DNA of 64,000 nt from an uncultured Gemmatimonadales bacterium (GCA_963821525.1 CAWGED010000005.1:1200012-1264011), one strand, 5' to 3'; counted from the first letter of the stretch, positions 12,134 through 26,065 are shown. Notes: generated by a model from the sequence alone, not told the origin. A program made the numbers and translations.

Positions 12134-13438
12134 CTACACCGCCATTGCCGTCTTCCGGTTCCCATTCAGGTACGCCTCGAACTCGCCGCGGAACTTCTTG
12201 ATCCCGCTCACCACGGGCGCGGCGCAGGAATCGCTCAGCACGCAGATCGTCTTGCCGGTCATGTTGTCGGACAGGTCAAGCAACAGGTCCAGATCCTCGA
12301 TCCGGCCCTTCCCCGCCAGCATGCGCTCCAGAATCCGGGTGGTCCACGCGGTGCCTTCGCGGCACTGGGTGCACTGGGCGCAGGATTCGTGGGCGTAAAA
12401 GCGGGCGAGCCGCATGATCTGGTAGACCAGGTCGGTCGAATCATCCATGACGATCATGCCACCCGATCCGAGCATCGAGCCCTTGGCTACCACCCCTTCG
12501 TAGTCGAGCTGGCAGTCTTCGACCTCGGCCGCGGTCATGATCGGGACCGAGGAACCGCCGGGAATCACCGCCTTGAGGGTACGACCTGGACGCATGCCCC
12601 CCGCCATATCGTAGATCAGCTCCTTCATGGAGCTGCCCATCACGACCTCATAGTTGCCCGGACGCTGCACGTGCCCGCAGACCGAGATCAACTTGGTGCC
12701 GGTACTCTTGGGGTTGCCCCGGCACAGGCTCTTGTACCACTCGGCACCCCGCACAATGATGTGCGGAGTTGCGACCAGCGTCTCCACGTTGTTGATCGTG
12801 GTCGGCATCCCGAAGACACCCGCGGCGGCCGGGAACGGCGGCTTGATGCGCGGGTTGCCGCGGCGGCCCTCGATGGAGTTCATCAGGGCGGTTTCTTCGC
12901 CGCAGATGTAGGCACCGGCACCCCGGAACAGCACCAGATCGATCCGTTTGCCACTGCCGAAGGCGTTGGCCCCGAGCGCGCCCTTGTCGTACGCCTCCTT
13001 GATGGCGCCCTCGAGAATCTTGTACTCGACGGTGAACTCGCCGCGCACGTAGATGTATCCCCGCTCGGCGCCGATCGCGTGACAGGCCAACGCGCAGCCT
13101 TCCAGCAGCGCGTGGGGCGTCCAGCGCATGATCTCGCGATCCTTGAACGTGCCGGGTTCCGATTCGTCGGCGTTGCAGCAGAGGTAGTGTGGTTTGCCGC
13201 TGTTCTTCGGCATGAACGACCACTTGAGGCCGGTCGGGAACCCGGCGCCGCCCCGCCCGCGCAGACCGGAGTTCTTGATCTCCTCGATCACCGCCTCGGG
13301 AGTCATGCCCAACGCCTTCTTGAGCCCTTCGTAGCCGGCGCGCTTCACCCAGCCGTCGAAGCTGCGTGCGCCCGCGTCTCCGAAGTAGCGGGAGAGAACC
13401 GGCTCTTCTTTTGGATGACTGGGATGGGGAAATCCCAT
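12134..13438 (-). CDS. nuoF: NADH-quinone oxidoreductase subunit F
   Basis: GLRGRGGAGFPTG, NADESEPGTFKDR, GAGAYICGEETAL and CAQCTQCREG. Confidence 0.98.
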   Translation of the reverse strand: MGFPHPSHPKEEPVLSRYFGDAGARSFDGWVKRAGYEGLKKALGMTPEAVIEEIKNSGLRGRGGAGFPTGLKWSFMPKNSGKPHYLCCNADESEPGTFKDREIMRWTPHALLEGCALACHAIGAERGYIYVRGEFTVEYKILEGAIKEAYDKGALGANAFGSGKRIDLVLFRGAGAYICGEETALMNSIEGRRGNPRIKPPFPAAAGVFGMPTTINNVETLVATPHIIVRGAEWYKSLCRGNPKSTGTKLISVCGHVQRPGNYEVVMGSSMKELIYDMAGGMRPGRTLKAVIPGGSSVPIMTAAEVEDCQLDYEGVVAKGSMLGSGGMIVMDDSTDLVYQIMRLARFYAHESCAQCTQCREGTAWTTRILERMLAGKGRIEDLDLLLDLSDNMTGKTICVLSDSCAAPVVSGIKKFRGEFEAYLNGNRKTAMAV

Positions 13439-13941
13439 TACTTGTACCCCTGGAGAATGCCCGGAACCCGTTCCGGAGTTACGCCTTCGATAAAGTCGTC
13501 ATCAATCAGCACCGGGGTAGCGAAACCGCAGGCCCCGAGACACTCGACTTCGATCATGGTGAACCGGCCATCGGGACTGGTCGCTCCCAACTCGCCGCAT
13601 CCGGTGTGCTTGAGGAAGGCTTTCACCACGTCTTCCGCGCCGCAGATGTTGCAGGGCGACGTGGTGCAGACCTGAATGAAGTGGCGGCCGACCGGGTGAG
13701 TGTGGTACATGGTGTAGAACGTCACCACGCCCTTCACGTACGCCGGCGTAAGACCGAGCACCTCGGCCACCTCGGCAATCGCGCCCTCGGAGATCCAGCC
13801 CCGCCGCCGCTGGACGATCCACAGCGCCGGCAGCAGGCACGCCATCTTCGTCGGGAAATTGGGGAACACCGCCTCGAGCTCCTGGAGCGCCTCCCCGACG
13901 AAGACCGGCTGGTGTTCCTCCTCGACGTGAGCCGAGCTCAT
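13438..13941 (-). CDS. nuoE: NADH-quinone oxidoreductase subunit E
   Basis: VCTTSPC...ECLGACG 2Fe-2S motif. Confidence 0.96.
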   Translation of the reverse strand: MSSAHVEEEHQPVFVGEALQELEAVFPNFPTKMACLLPALWIVQRRRGWISEGAIAEVAEVLGLTPAYVKGVVTFYTMYHTHPVGRHFIQVCTTSPCNICGAEDVVKAFLKHTGCGELGATSPDGRFTMIEVECLGACGFATPVLIDDDFIEGVTPERVPGILQGYK

Positions 13942-15233
13942 CGGTCGATCTCTCCCATGACGATGTCCACGCTGGCGTTGATCGCGATCACGTCGGACAG
14001 CAGCACGCCCTCGCAGAGCTTGGGCAGGCAGGCCAGGTTGATGAAAGACGGGGGACGGATGCGCCAGCGCACCGGCTTGGCGGTCCCGTCGGATACGAAG
14101 TAGTAGCCCAGCTCGCCCTTGGGGTTCTCGATCCCCATGTAGGCCTCGCCCGGAGGCGCCTTCACACCTTCCATCACCTGCTTAAAGTGGAAGATCATGG
14201 CTTCCATATCGCTCATGGCGCGCGACTTGGGAGGCAGGATCAGCCGCGGGTCCGACACGTTGATCGGGGCACCCTTGAGCCGCTCCAGACGGACCAGGGC
14301 CTGCTCCAGAATGCGGACCGACTGTCGCATCTCCTCCATGCGGACGATATAGCGATCGTAACAGTCGCCGTGCTCACCCACCGGCACGTCGAAGTCGTAG
14401 TTCTCGTAGCCCAGATACGGGCGATCCTTCCGCACATCGTACGCGACGCCGGAAGCCCGGAGCATCGGCCCGGACAGCGAGTAGTTGATCGCGTCCTCGG
14501 GGCCGATCGATCCCACGTTCTGAGTCCGGCCGATCCAGATGGCGTTCCGGGTGAACATCCGGTCGACGTCATCGAGGGTCTTGGGGAAGGTGCGGCAGAA
14601 CTCGGCCAGTCCCGCTTCCCACCCGTCGGGAATGTCGGCCATGAGGCCGCCCACCCGGGTAAGGCTGGTCGTGAGTCGAGCGCCGGTCCACGATTCCTGC
14701 AGGTTGTAGATCCGCTCCCGCTGCTGGAAGGTCCAGAGGAACGGGGTGTAGGCTCCAATATCGATGCCGGTGGTTCCCAGCCAGACCAGGTGGGAAATGA
14801 TCCGGCTCATTTCACAGGCCATCACCCGGAGCACCGTGCACCGCTCGGTGATCTCGATCCCCATGAGCTTCTCGGCCGCCAACGCCAGACAGACGTTGTT
14901 GGCCATGGGCGAGAGGTAGTCGGTCCGGTCGGTGAGCGGGATGATCTGGTTGTAGTGCCGGTACTCGCCGAGCTTCTCGAATCCGCTGTGCAGGTAGCCG
15001 ACGTGAGGCACGACCCGGATCACGGTCTCCCCATCCAGCTCGACGACCAGCCGGAGCACGCCGTGGGTAGCTGGATGCTGCGGGCCCAGGTTGATGAGCA
15101 TGTGCTCGGCGTTCATCTCGTCCGACGGCTCGGGCACCTTGGGCAGCCGGATGCCGACCGGGACCTGCCGGACGTTCCCCTGGGCGTCGAGGCCGGGGGT
15201 GCTGAGCGCCATTTCCACGCTGCGCAGGCTCAT
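13938..15233 (-). CDS. nuoD: NADH-quinone oxidoreductase subunit D
   Basis: NLGPQHPATHGVLRL and C-terminal DIVMGEIDR. Confidence 0.98.
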   Translation of the reverse strand: MSLRSVEMALSTPGLDAQGNVRQVPVGIRLPKVPEPSDEMNAEHMLINLGPQHPATHGVLRLVVELDGETVIRVVPHVGYLHSGFEKLGEYRHYNQIIPLTDRTDYLSPMANNVCLALAAEKLMGIEITERCTVLRVMACEMSRIISHLVWLGTTGIDIGAYTPFLWTFQQRERIYNLQESWTGARLTTSLTRVGGLMADIPDGWEAGLAEFCRTFPKTLDDVDRMFTRNAIWIGRTQNVGSIGPEDAINYSLSGPMLRASGVAYDVRKDRPYLGYENYDFDVPVGEHGDCYDRYIVRMEEMRQSVRILEQALVRLERLKGAPINVSDPRLILPPKSRAMSDMEAMIFHFKQVMEGVKAPPGEAYMGIENPKGELGYYFVSDGTAKPVRWRIRPPSFINLACLPKLCEGVLLSDVIAINASVDIVMGEIDR

Positions 15234-15859
15234 CGCAGGGTCCCCCGCTCGCCCCGGCTCAGCCGCTCGCGGACGTCGGCCGGCAGCTCATGATAGGACT
15301 CGACGATGCTCAATTCTTCCAGGGAGTAATGCGCTTCGGGGTTCGCGGCGAGGGCCTGCCGGGTCTGCTCCGCCCGGCTGAAGTGGCCGCGGAGCGGAAA
15401 ATCCTTCCGCAGGGGGAAGCCCTCCGAATAGGTCTCCCACATGAGGATCCGGCGCAGGTCCGGATGACCGCGGAAGACGACGCCGAACATGTCGAAGACC
15501 TCACGCTCCAGCCAATCCGCGCCCTTCCAGAGGTCGTAGACCGAGTCCACCTCGAGAGGCGCCCGCTTGTCGAGCTCGATCTTGCACCGCAGGTCCGCCT
15601 TCCGGTCCAGGGAGCGGAGCTGGTAGACGACTTCGAGCGGCCGCTCCATGTCCCGATATTCGACCGCGGTCACGTCGGTGAGATAGTCGAACCGCTGAGC
15701 GGGATCGTCCTTGAGCCAGGCCAGGATTTCATGGGCCCGGTCACCCGCGAGGTAGGCGATCGTGTCTCCGCAGGAGACTTCGTGTCGCAGCACCGCGGCC
15801 CCGAAGCGGGACTTGAGCGCGGGAATCGAGGGCGACGGCTCCGGGCGATTGGGGCTCAC
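15230..15859 (-). CDS. nuoC: NADH-quinone oxidoreductase subunit C
   Basis: [24 protein letters not shown] and PLRKDFPL. Confidence 0.97.
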   Translation of the reverse strand: MSPNRPEPSPSIPALKSRFGAAVLRHEVSCGDTIAYLAGDRAHEILAWLKDDPAQRFDYLTDVTAVEYRDMERPLEVVYQLRSLDRKADLRCKIELDKRAPLEVDSVYDLWKGADWLEREVFDMFGVVFRGHPDLRRILMWETYSEGFPLRKDFPLRGHFSRAEQTRQALAANPEAHYSLEELSIVESYHELPADVRERLSRGERGTLR

Positions 15860-16473
15860 GCCGACCTCGTCTGGTGCACCGAATTACCGAACGGCTCGGA
15901 CAGCTCGTCGATCCGGTCTGCGGGAAGGAACAACCCCTCAGGCCCTACCGTGTGCTCCTGGCGGAGATCGTCATCGGTGATGCTCTCGCCCGAGATCTTC
16001 TTTTGCAGCAGCAGGATGCCGTAGAGCAGGCCCTCGGGACGGGGCGGGCAGCCCGGCACGTAGACGTCCACCGGCACGATCGTGTCGATGCCCTGCACCA
16101 TCGTGTAGGTATCGAAGATGCCGCCGGTCGAGGCGCAGGCGCCCATCGAGATGCACCATTTAGGCTGGGGCATCTGATCCCAGATCCGGCGGATGACCGG
16201 AGCCAGCTTGAAGGGCAGCCGGCCGGCGCAGATCAGCACGTCCGACTGGCGAGGTGAGAAGGCCTGCCGCTCCATCCCGAACCGGGCGATGTCGTAGCGG
16301 CTGGCGGCGGTGGCCATGAACTCGATAGCACAACAGGCCGTCCCAAACGGCATCGGCCAGAGCGAATTCTTACGGGCCCAGTTGGTGAGATCGCTCAGTT
16401 TGGCGGTCACCCAGTTGGGGGAGACCCCGGAAACTTCGGTAGTGAGCGGTTCACCCGGTTGGGTCAATTCCAT
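15856..16473 (-). CDS. nuoB: NADH-quinone oxidoreductase subunit B
   Basis: [18 protein letters not shown] and VPGCPPRPE; start MELTQP at 16473. Confidence 0.97.
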   Translation of the reverse strand: MELTQPGEPLTTEVSGVSPNWVTAKLSDLTNWARKNSLWPMPFGTACCAIEFMATAASRYDIARFGMERQAFSPRQSDVLICAGRLPFKLAPVIRRIWDQMPQPKWCISMGACASTGGIFDTYTMVQGIDTIVPVDVYVPGCPPRPEGLLYGILLLQKKISGESITDDDLRQEHTVGPEGLFLPADRIDELSEPFGNSVHQTRSA

Positions 16474-16829
16474 TCCAGCGCTCCCCGCTTCCAGACGTAG
16501 ACGTATCCGACCGCAAGGATCACGACGAACACGAACATTTCCACCAGCAAAAGGCCGCGGATCTCCTTCATCTGCTGGAAGGCCGCAGCCCATGGAAGCA
16601 TGAAGACGGTTTCGATATCAAAGACGATAAACAGCATCGCGACGAGGTAGAACTTGACCGAGAAGCGCTCACGGGCCTGGCCCAGGACGGGCATGCCCGA
16701 CTCATAGGGCGCAATCTTCCCGGGGGTGCGGCGGTAGGTCGAGAAAATGTGGGAGACCGCCAGCATGAGAATCGCGTTCGCGATGACGAGCGCGATGACC
16801 AGCAACAACGGGATGTATGGTTGGAGCAT
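16464..16829 (-). CDS. nuoA: NADH-quinone oxidoreductase subunit A
   Basis: [19 protein letters not shown] and WKRGALEW. Confidence 0.97.
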   Translation of the reverse strand: MLQPYIPLLLVIALVIANAILMLAVSHIFSTYRRTPGKIAPYESGMPVLGQARERFSVKFYLVAMLFIVFDIETVFMLPWAAAFQQMKEIRGLLLVEMFVFVVILAVGYVYVWKRGALEWN

Positions 16830-16844
16830 CGATGAAGCCCCGAT

Positions 16845-16862
16845 TCGTGAAAAGATTCACGT
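16845..16862. promoter_or_regulatory. Rex-like operator upstream of nuoA
   Basis: TCGTGAA-AAGA-TTCACGT matches the Rex box TTGTGAA-N4-TTCACAA; 15 bp upstream of the nuoA ATG. Confidence 0.7.
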
Positions 16863-17016
16863 GCAGGCGGGTAAGTTAATGTTCGCCAAGGACGAACGGT
16901 AGCCTCGGGTTCGGAGTGCCACAGGCCCTCAACACCCTCTATATTGCCGCCCGTCCACGGGGACGGAGCCCATTCCGTCCGCCATTGTTCGCCTCACCGC
17001 CTGTCTGCCCAACACT

Positions 17017-17595
17017 ATGTCCATCAAGTCCGACCGCTGGATCCGCCGGCTGGCCCAGGAGCACAGGATGATCGACCCTTTTGTGGAGGGCCAGGTCCGA
17101 TCGGTGGACGCGCACGGGCGTAAGGTGATCTCCTACGGGGTGTCATCCTACGGCTATGACATGCGGGTGGCGCCCGAGTTCAAGATCTTCACCAACGTAC
17201 TTTCGGCAATAGTCGACCCCAAGGAGTTCGACAGCCGGAGTTTCGTGGAATTCGAGGGTGAGGTCTGCATCGTTCCGCCGAACAGCTTCGCGCTGGCCCG
17301 GTCGGTGGAGTACTTCCGGATCCCGCGTAACGTCCTGACCATCTGCGTGGGGAAGAGCACCTACGCCCGGTGTGGTATCATCACCAACGTGACGCCGTTC
17401 GAGCCCGAGTGGGAAGGACATGTCACGCTTGAAATCTCCAATACCACCCCGTTGCCCGCCCGCATCTACGCCAACGAGGGGATCTGCCAGGTCCTGTTCT
17501 TCGAGGCCGATGCCGACGACGTGTGCGAGGTGAGTTACAAGGACAAGGCTGGCAAGTATCAGAAGCAGACGGGGGTGACGCTACCGAAATTGTAG
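17017..17595 (+). CDS. dcd: dCTP deaminase
   Basis: [20 protein letters not shown] and TPFEPEWEG. Confidence 0.97.
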   Translation: MSIKSDRWIRRLAQEHRMIDPFVEGQVRSVDAHGRKVISYGVSSYGYDMRVAPEFKIFTNVLSAIVDPKEFDSRSFVEFEGEVCIVPPNSFALARSVEYFRIPRNVLTICVGKSTYARCGIITNVTPFEPEWEGHVTLEISNTTPLPARIYANEGICQVLFFEADADDVCEVSYKDKAGKYQKQTGVTLPKL

Positions 17596-17682
17596 AATGA
17601 TGAATGGCGGAATGGTCGAGGAGGCCGCGGCGAGCGCAGGGCTTCGCCACCGCCCCAGCGCTTTCTGCCATTCCGCCATTCC
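17595..17682. repeat. inverted octamer tandem-repeat element (AATGGCGG/CCGCCATT)
   Basis: gaatgatg aatggcgg aatgg ... ttctgcca ttccgcca ttcc, starting at the dcd stop. Confidence 0.7.
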
Positions 17683-17788
17683 AAACGGGCGTTTCCTCAC
17701 AGGAAATAGGCATCCGCATCATATAGTTTAGGGTTGGTCTTCTAGTTTCTGGTTAGTCTTCGTCGTTCCCCATCCAAGCGCGGTACTC

Positions 17789-17959
17789 ATGCGTTCCCTG
17801 CTCCGCCTCGCCTTGGCCGGCGCGGCATTGATTGCTTGTAACCTCAACCAGTCGCCGGGCCCCAGCTCCATCGAAGATCAGGTCACCACCGACGCCTTCG
17901 GGCCAGGCCCCACTGGCGGCGGGACACTTTGTCGCCCCCTAATGACGTCACCTCGGTAA
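17789..17959 (+). CDS. short putative lipoprotein or truncated gene (56 aa)
   Basis: Hand translation MRSLLRLALAGAALIACNLNQSPGP...; signal peptide with LIAC lipobox. Confidence 0.4.
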   Translation: MRSLLRLALAGAALIACNLNQSPGPSSIEDQVTTDAFGPGPTGGGTLCRPLMTSPR

Positions 17960-18121
17960 AGCCGGCCGATCGAAATCGGCCGCCCAGTGCCCGCCGGCGA
18001 TCACCGTGCGCGAGCACCAAGGGCGAGGGCGACTGCATGGGTCTACAGGAGGCCGGTTAGATTTCTCGCTATTCACCCGGGCGGATTACGCCGCCCTTTG
18101 TTTTCTCGGACTGGACGGTCC

Positions 18122-20132
18122 ATGCGATACCTGTTGCTTGCCTTCACGTTGGCCGCGCCGCTCGCCGCGCAGCAACCCACAACACCCCCTACGCCACAAG
18201 CACCCAAGGCTCCGAAACCCAGCACCCAGACAAGCCTGCGTCCCGCGGTCGCCGATACCGGCATCTTCGCGCCGATCGATCTTCCACCGGGGAACGAGAT
18301 TCGGCGGGTGAATGGCGCCCCAGGTCCCAAATACTGGCAGCAGCGAGTCGACTACTCGATCAAGGCCATCCTGGATACCGCCGCGAATCGGCTGACCGGC
18401 ACGATGGCGATCCGGTACACCAACAATTCTTCCGACACGCTGACTCGAGTGTGGATGCAGCTGGACCAGAACCTCTTCAAGCCGGGAAGCGTCGGATCCC
18501 TGCTCAATTCCGAGGAGAGCCGGTTCGGTGGAGGCGGGTTTCAGGGCGGGTTCGAAATCCCGTGGATCGTGCAGTCTCAGACCGGGATGCGAGCGGCCAA
18601 GCCTCTCAAGCCTCCAACGGCAGTCGGCCTGCAGCAGAAGCTTCGGACCCGGGTGGACGACACCATGATGGAGGTCTACCTCACGACGCCGCTGGCGCCG
18701 GGGGCGACGACCCAGTTCGACCTCTCTTACGCGTTCAACATTCCAGAGCATGGCGCCGACCGCATGGGGCGGGATGGAACTCTCTACGAGCTCGCGCAAT
18801 GGTATCCCCGCATGGCCGTCTACGACGATGTCCATGGCTGGAATACCCTCCAGTACCTGGGCCAGGGGGAGTTCTATCTGGAGTATGGTGACATCGACTA
18901 CGAAGTCACAGTCCCGGCTGGGTACATCGTCGCGGGAACCGGCACGCTTCAGAATCCCCGTCGAGGTCCTGACCGCGTCGCAGCGGACCCGCCTGGCTGC
19001 GGCGGCGCGTTCGGACAGCATCACGCACATCGTCACCGCTGACGAGCTCACCAGCGGTGCGGCCCGGCCTCGCAGCTCCGGCACTCTGACATGGAAGTTC
19101 AAGGCCACCAAGGTGCGGGATGCGGCCTGGGCGGCAAGCCCGGAATACCTCTGGGACGTCTCCTCGTGGAAGGGAATCGTCGCCAACGCCTACTACCGGC
19201 CCAGCGCGATCGAGACCTGGAAGGACGCGGCGGACATGAGCCGCTACTCCATCATGGAATACAGCACCCGTTGGTTCTCCTATCCCTATCCCCAGATCTC
19301 CGCCGTCGAGGGACCAGTATCGGGGATGGAGTACCCAATGGTCGCGATGGAAGTCCAGAGGGAGACGGCAAAGAGGACCTCTACAGCGTCGTCACCCATG
19401 AGATCGGTCACATGTGGTATCCCATGACCGTCGGGATCGGACGAGCGCCGCTATGCCTGGATGGACGAAGGGTTCAACACCTTCATCAACACCTTCAGCG
19501 AAGAGGGGTACTTCAAGCGGGATGACATGACGCGCCGCCGGGGAGAGGCCTCGTACGTCCTGCAGATCGATCAGATGCCGACGGCACAACCGATCATGAC
19601 CTATGCCAATCGCTACCGCACCGGCTCCAATCTGGGGTCGCTGGCGTACGTCAAGCCGTCGATCGGACTCCTGACCCTGAGAAACAAGATCCTGGGACCT
19701 GAAGTCTTCGATTCGGCGTTCCGGGAGTACACCAGGCGCTGGGCCTTCAGGCATCCCCAGCCGGCGGATTTCTTCCGCACGATCGAGGATGTGAGCGGCC
19801 GGGATCTCGACTGGTTCTGGCGCGGCTGGTTTCTCAGCACCGCGGCGCTGGATCAGTCGGTCGATACGGTCACCCAATCTGCGGGGCAATGCCAGGATCG
19901 TGATCCGCAATCTCGGGACAGCAGGTGATGCCGGTCGAACTGCAGGTAACGTTCGGGGATGGTACCACCAAGCTGCTCGAGTATCCCGGTCGAGATCTGG
20001 TATGCGGGAGACAAGTACGTTGCCAAGATCATGACGGACCAGACCATCACCGCGGCAACGGTCAATCCCGACGGGCAGTTCCCCGATATCAATCCGGCGA
20101 ACGACGGATGGAAGGCTGCGCCGACGCCGTAG
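18122..20132 (+). CDS. secreted M1 family metallo-aminopeptidase (several frameshifts)
   Basis: Signal peptide [39 protein letters not shown] (HEXXH), WMDEGFN and HPQPADFFR in different frames. Confidence 0.9.
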
Positions 20133-20384
20133 GCGGCGATTTGATCCGGCAGGCGTCTATTGGATGACGCTGCGCCGAGAGCCGACACTGAAATTAGAAG
20201 GGGGGGCCCCCTGATGGGGGCGTTCAGCGGTTGGATCCGATCAGTATCCGCGGTTTTCTGATGACGGTCCGACAGGAGTCCGGGCAGATATTCAATAACA
20301 GGGGGGCCCCCTACTGGAGGCCCCCCTGAGTGCGCCAAACCTCGAGTCACCTCCTCTCGAGGCACCTCCCTTCTCTGCCTCGCC

Positions 20385-22095
20385 CTACTGCGGAACCGAC
20401 ACCTGCCAGAACCCACTCAGCATGTCGCTGGCATAGACCGACCCGTTATAGAGCTGCACCCCCCAAGTGAGGGTATTCCCCGACCCACCAGGCTGAATCC
20501 GGCCAGCTCTCGGCTGGCCATGCTCCCGCTGATGATCCCGGAGATGTCCAGCGCTACTACGCCCGCATTGTAGAACGCCGCGTACAGAATCTGATTGGGT
20601 TCATCCACCCAGAAGTTGTGGGTCCCAGCATTCGCGATATGGAAGAACCCGACCTCCACCGGAGCCGTGAGGTCGGAGACATCCACCACGTGAATGTCGC
20701 CTGAGGCGTTGGACCCGTTGAACGGTCCCTCCTCCCCGATAAACAGGTATCGCTTCTCTCCGTTGGGATTCCAGAACCACCACCCGTTGTGGGTTTCTCC
20801 GCCGAAACCGAGCGTGTGGCTGAGCTGAACCGGGTGGCTTGGGGAGCCTCCGTGGGAGCCATTCCCGACATCGAAAATGTACAGGCCTTCGTCCCAGGCG
20901 AACACGAAGGCGTAGCCGTCGCGCACGAAGGTATCGTGAATGCAGTAGTGATCAGGTATCGGCGTGCTGCTGGCCGTCGTGATGGTCCCCGCTCCCGCTT
21001 GGGAGAGATCAAAAATCATCAGCGCGCAGTTGGCAGGATCCTTGGCTGTAAACGCGTAGAGTTTTCCGCCGATGTCCGCCAGTGTACCGGTGTGCAGATC
21101 CTGCAGACACGGTAGTCTTGGCCCGGAACACCGGCGTTCCGGGACTGGTGAGCTCATAGACGTAGATCCCCGAGCCGGGGCCACCCTCGGCAGTGAAGAC
21201 CAGCCACGCCCCATCCTCCGACACTTGGATGTCACTCACCGTCCCGATGTTCGGCGTGATGATCGAGTCGTACAAAACCGGAGCGCCACTGCCGTCCAGT
21301 TGCCAGATGAAGACGGCGTTACCGTTGCCGCCCCAGGTACCGGTGTAGCCGAACCCATCCTTGACCCAGAGATCCGAGGTAGTGCGGCTCGGGAACATTG
21401 TTCCCGCCACCCAAGATCGAGAAGCTGAGCGGGACGATTGCCTTCGAGTCGAAGGTGACGGTACCGAGCCCGGTTACCGTCGCGGTGACCGTCGTGGTGC
21501 CCGCGGTCGCGCCCATTGCGTGGACCACCGAAGCCGTGCCGTCCAATCCTGTCGTGTTGTTGGCCGCGGAGATGCTGCCGCCACCCGAGGTGAGCGCCCA
21601 ACTCACGCTTTGACCGGACACGGGGTTGTTGTACTGGTCGGTAACCTTGACCTGGAGGTTCTGCGGCAGAGGCTGGCTGACTTTCCCCACCTGACCATCC
21701 CCGCCCGACTTCACGAACAGCGTCGGAGGTCCCGCCTCGCCTGTCGCCGTGAAGACCACCGCGCCATATCCCGACGCCGAGGCGCGAACCGTCTGAGAGC
21801 CGAGCTGGGTGCCGAGGGTCGCGACCGCTTCTGCGATTCCCTGCGCATCGGTCACCGAACTGGCCGGCGTCACACTGCCGCCACCCGAGGCCACCTGCCA
21901 GGAGACGGTGAGTCCGTCTACCGGACCGCTCCCGTTGCTGACCTTCACCGAGTAGGGCTGCAGCGCGGTCCCGACCGGCGCGGTCTGGTTTGCCCCGGCC
22001 TCCACGGTGATGGCCCCACCGGAGCTGCTGGTGGAGTCGGAGCCGCACGCGACAGCAACAAGAAGACAGAGAGCCCCACCTGAACGTCGAATCAT
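20385..22095 (-). CDS. lipoprotein with Ig-like domains and an LVIVD-like beta-propeller (frameshifted)
   Basis: Lipobox VAC; two Big_1-like repeats (VSWQVASGGGSV / VSWALTSGGGSI); HDTFVRDGYAF, THNGWW and THNFWVD propeller motifs. Confidence 0.7.
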
Positions 22096-22160
22096 CCAGT
22101 GCCTCCGTAGGGTTCCACTACATGTCATGCTGGTGCTCGTGCATCATGCTCGGCGCCTCG

Positions 22161-23378
22161 TCAAGCAGACGCGCCATAGCGCCCCATTCGGTGGCCGCGC
22201 AATTGCCAAGACGCACGCACCCCGAGACTCAGCGATCGAACCGATTCCTTGCCGTAGAAGGCCTCAATGTCGAACAGTCCGCCATTCACGTTCTTCACGT
22301 TGCCGAACGTGCCCTCGGCGAAAGGCTGCAGGTCGAGCCGCCCCTGGGCGAGGGAAAAGCCGTAGCCGTACCCGATGGTCAGAAGGGTCCAGCGCGTGGT
22401 TCCCAGAATCGAATTTTCCAGGTGAGGCCTTACCGAGCGGAACGGATCGATGGTCCGCATGTCCTCGGGGCGTTCGGTGCGTTCCAGCCTGAAGTAAGGA
22501 CGATGGCGACCCACCGTCCATGCACCTTCGGTAAGGAGACTCCTGAAAACAAAGAAGCCGTCGGCTTCCTCGGTCCGGGCCCACTCCGCCAGTCCGTACA
22601 CCTTGGAGTTTCCTACCGGACCCTCGTAGCGGGCAGAGACATCCCACTTCCAGGCATCGGTCCCGGCGCCAGGCCGGTGCTCGGGAGAATGGACCTTGGC
22701 CCGGGATCCCTGCACCTCGAGATGCCGGACTGGAATGACCGTTAGCCTGAGGGCCCAGGAGTCACCGAAGCGCCATTCGTCGCCGGTCTTGATGAGTGGC
22801 CACTGGTCGGGACGTTCCGGCTCGTCGCCGTCAAACAGCGATCCTTCCGCAATCACGGGCCCAGCCCGGAAGCCGGCGATCGCCACGGCGCGCTCCAGAA
22901 TCTGGGCGAGATGGTGATTGACCGGGTACCTCACGGGCGGACGACTCATCGGATCGTCGGTGCCGAATGGGACGAACCCCTTCCCTGCGCTCAGCGACAG
23001 TCGAGCGGAACCATCCAGAGTCCCCAGCAGATCGACTCCGGAGATCATCAACTCATGCGCGTAGGTGTGCGGGTGCCGGCGATCGTTGAAGCCTTCACCC
23101 CAGACTCCGGGTGCCAGCTCCCCGTCGGGAATGGTCTTCCCTTCCAGGTTGAGCGTTCCCGAGAAGCGGAGATGATCGTTGAGCGCACTGGCGTGCAGCA
23201 TCACCACTGGCTGCACCACTCGCAACTCATCGAGTGTGCTGCCACCCGGAATCGGATCTACGGATGTGTAGAGCGGAATGAGTTGGGCTGCCAGGCGGGC
23301 CGTGATGGGGGATTGGGCCTCGACCTGCTGAGTGAGAACCAGTGCCAGCAGTACACTCGTGGCGACCGGTCGGATCAA
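22161..23378 (-). CDS. hypothetical exported/outer-membrane protein with conserved His motifs
   Basis: Signal peptide, [13 protein letters not shown] and NHHLAQILE, beta-strand-like pattern; start overlaps the sdhB stop. Confidence 0.65.
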   Translation of the reverse strand: MIRPVATSVLLALVLTQQVEAQSPITARLAAQLIPLYTSVDPIPGGSTLDELRVVQPVVMLHASALNDHLRFSGTLNLEGKTIPDGELAPGVWGEGFNDRRHPHTYAHELMISGVDLLGTLDGSARLSLSAGKGFVPFGTDDPMSRPPVRYPVNHHLAQILERAVAIAGFRAGPVIAEGSLFDGDEPERPDQWPLIKTGDEWRFGDSWALRLTVIPVRHLEVQGSRAKVHSPEHRPGAGTDAWKWDVSARYEGPVGNSKVYGLAEWARTEEADGFFVFRSLLTEGAWTVGRHRPYFRLERTERPEDMRTIDPFRSVRPHLENSILGTTRWTLLTIGYGYGFSLAQGRLDLQPFAEGTFGNVKNVNGGLFDIEAFYGKESVRSLSLGVRASWQLRGHRMGRYGASA

Positions 23379-24148
23379 ATGGCCGCCTCAGCCGCGACCT
23401 CGTCCCGGGCAGTGGCGTTGGCCACCATGTAGTCGTAGTACAGCCGGGTAATCCAATCGATACGGATTTCCTTGGGACAGGCCTCCTGACATTCGCCGTG
23501 CCAGGTACACCCGCCGAATCCCTCGGCGTCCATCTGCTCGACCATGGAGAGCGCCCGCCGGGACCGCTCGGGCTGGCCCTGGGGCAGCATGCCGAGGTGA
23601 CCCGCCTTCGCGGCGGTGAACAGCATGGCCGAAGCATTGGGGCACGCTGCGACGCAGGCACCGCAGCCGATGCACTGGGCGGCGTCCATCGCGGCATCCG
23701 CATCGCCCTTGGCGATGGGTAACGCATTGGCGTCGGGAGCGCTCCCGGTAGAAACCCCGATGAACCCACCGGCGGCTATGATGCGGTCGAACGCACTCCG
23801 GTCCACGACCAGGTCCTTCAGCACGGGGAAGGCCCGGGCGCGCCAGGGTTCGATGTAGATCGTGTCCCCGTCCCTGAAGCTCCGCATGTGCAGCTGGCAG
23901 GTGGCCGTCCCACGCGACGGGCCGTGTGCCACTCCATTGATCATCATGCCGCAGGAACCGCAAATCCCCTCGCGGCAGTCATGATCGAAAGCGATCGGCA
24001 GCTCACCCCGCTCGATCAGGCCCTCGTTCACCATATCGAGCATTTCCAGGAACGACATGTCGGGACTGATGGCCGTGGCCTGGTAGGTCACCAGCTTCCC
24101 GGCCGCAGCCGGGGAGGGTTGGCGCCAGACGTGGAGCGTGAGGTTCAT
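23375..24148 (-). CDS. sdhB: succinate dehydrogenase/fumarate reductase Fe-S subunit
   Basis: [21 protein letters not shown] and [12 protein letters not shown]. Confidence 0.96.
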   Translation of the reverse strand: MNLTLHVWRQPSPAAAGKLVTYQATAISPDMSFLEMLDMVNEGLIERGELPIAFDHDCREGICGSCGMMINGVAHGPSRGTATCQLHMRSFRDGDTIYIEPWRARAFPVLKDLVVDRSAFDRIIAAGGFIGVSTGSAPDANALPIAKGDADAAMDAAQCIGCGACVAACPNASAMLFTAAKAGHLGMLPQGQPERSRRALSMVEQMDAEGFGGCTWHGECQEACPKEIRIDWITRLYYDYMVANATARDEVAAEAAI

Positions 24149-24151
24149 GAT

Positions 24152-26065
<1,914 letters not shown>

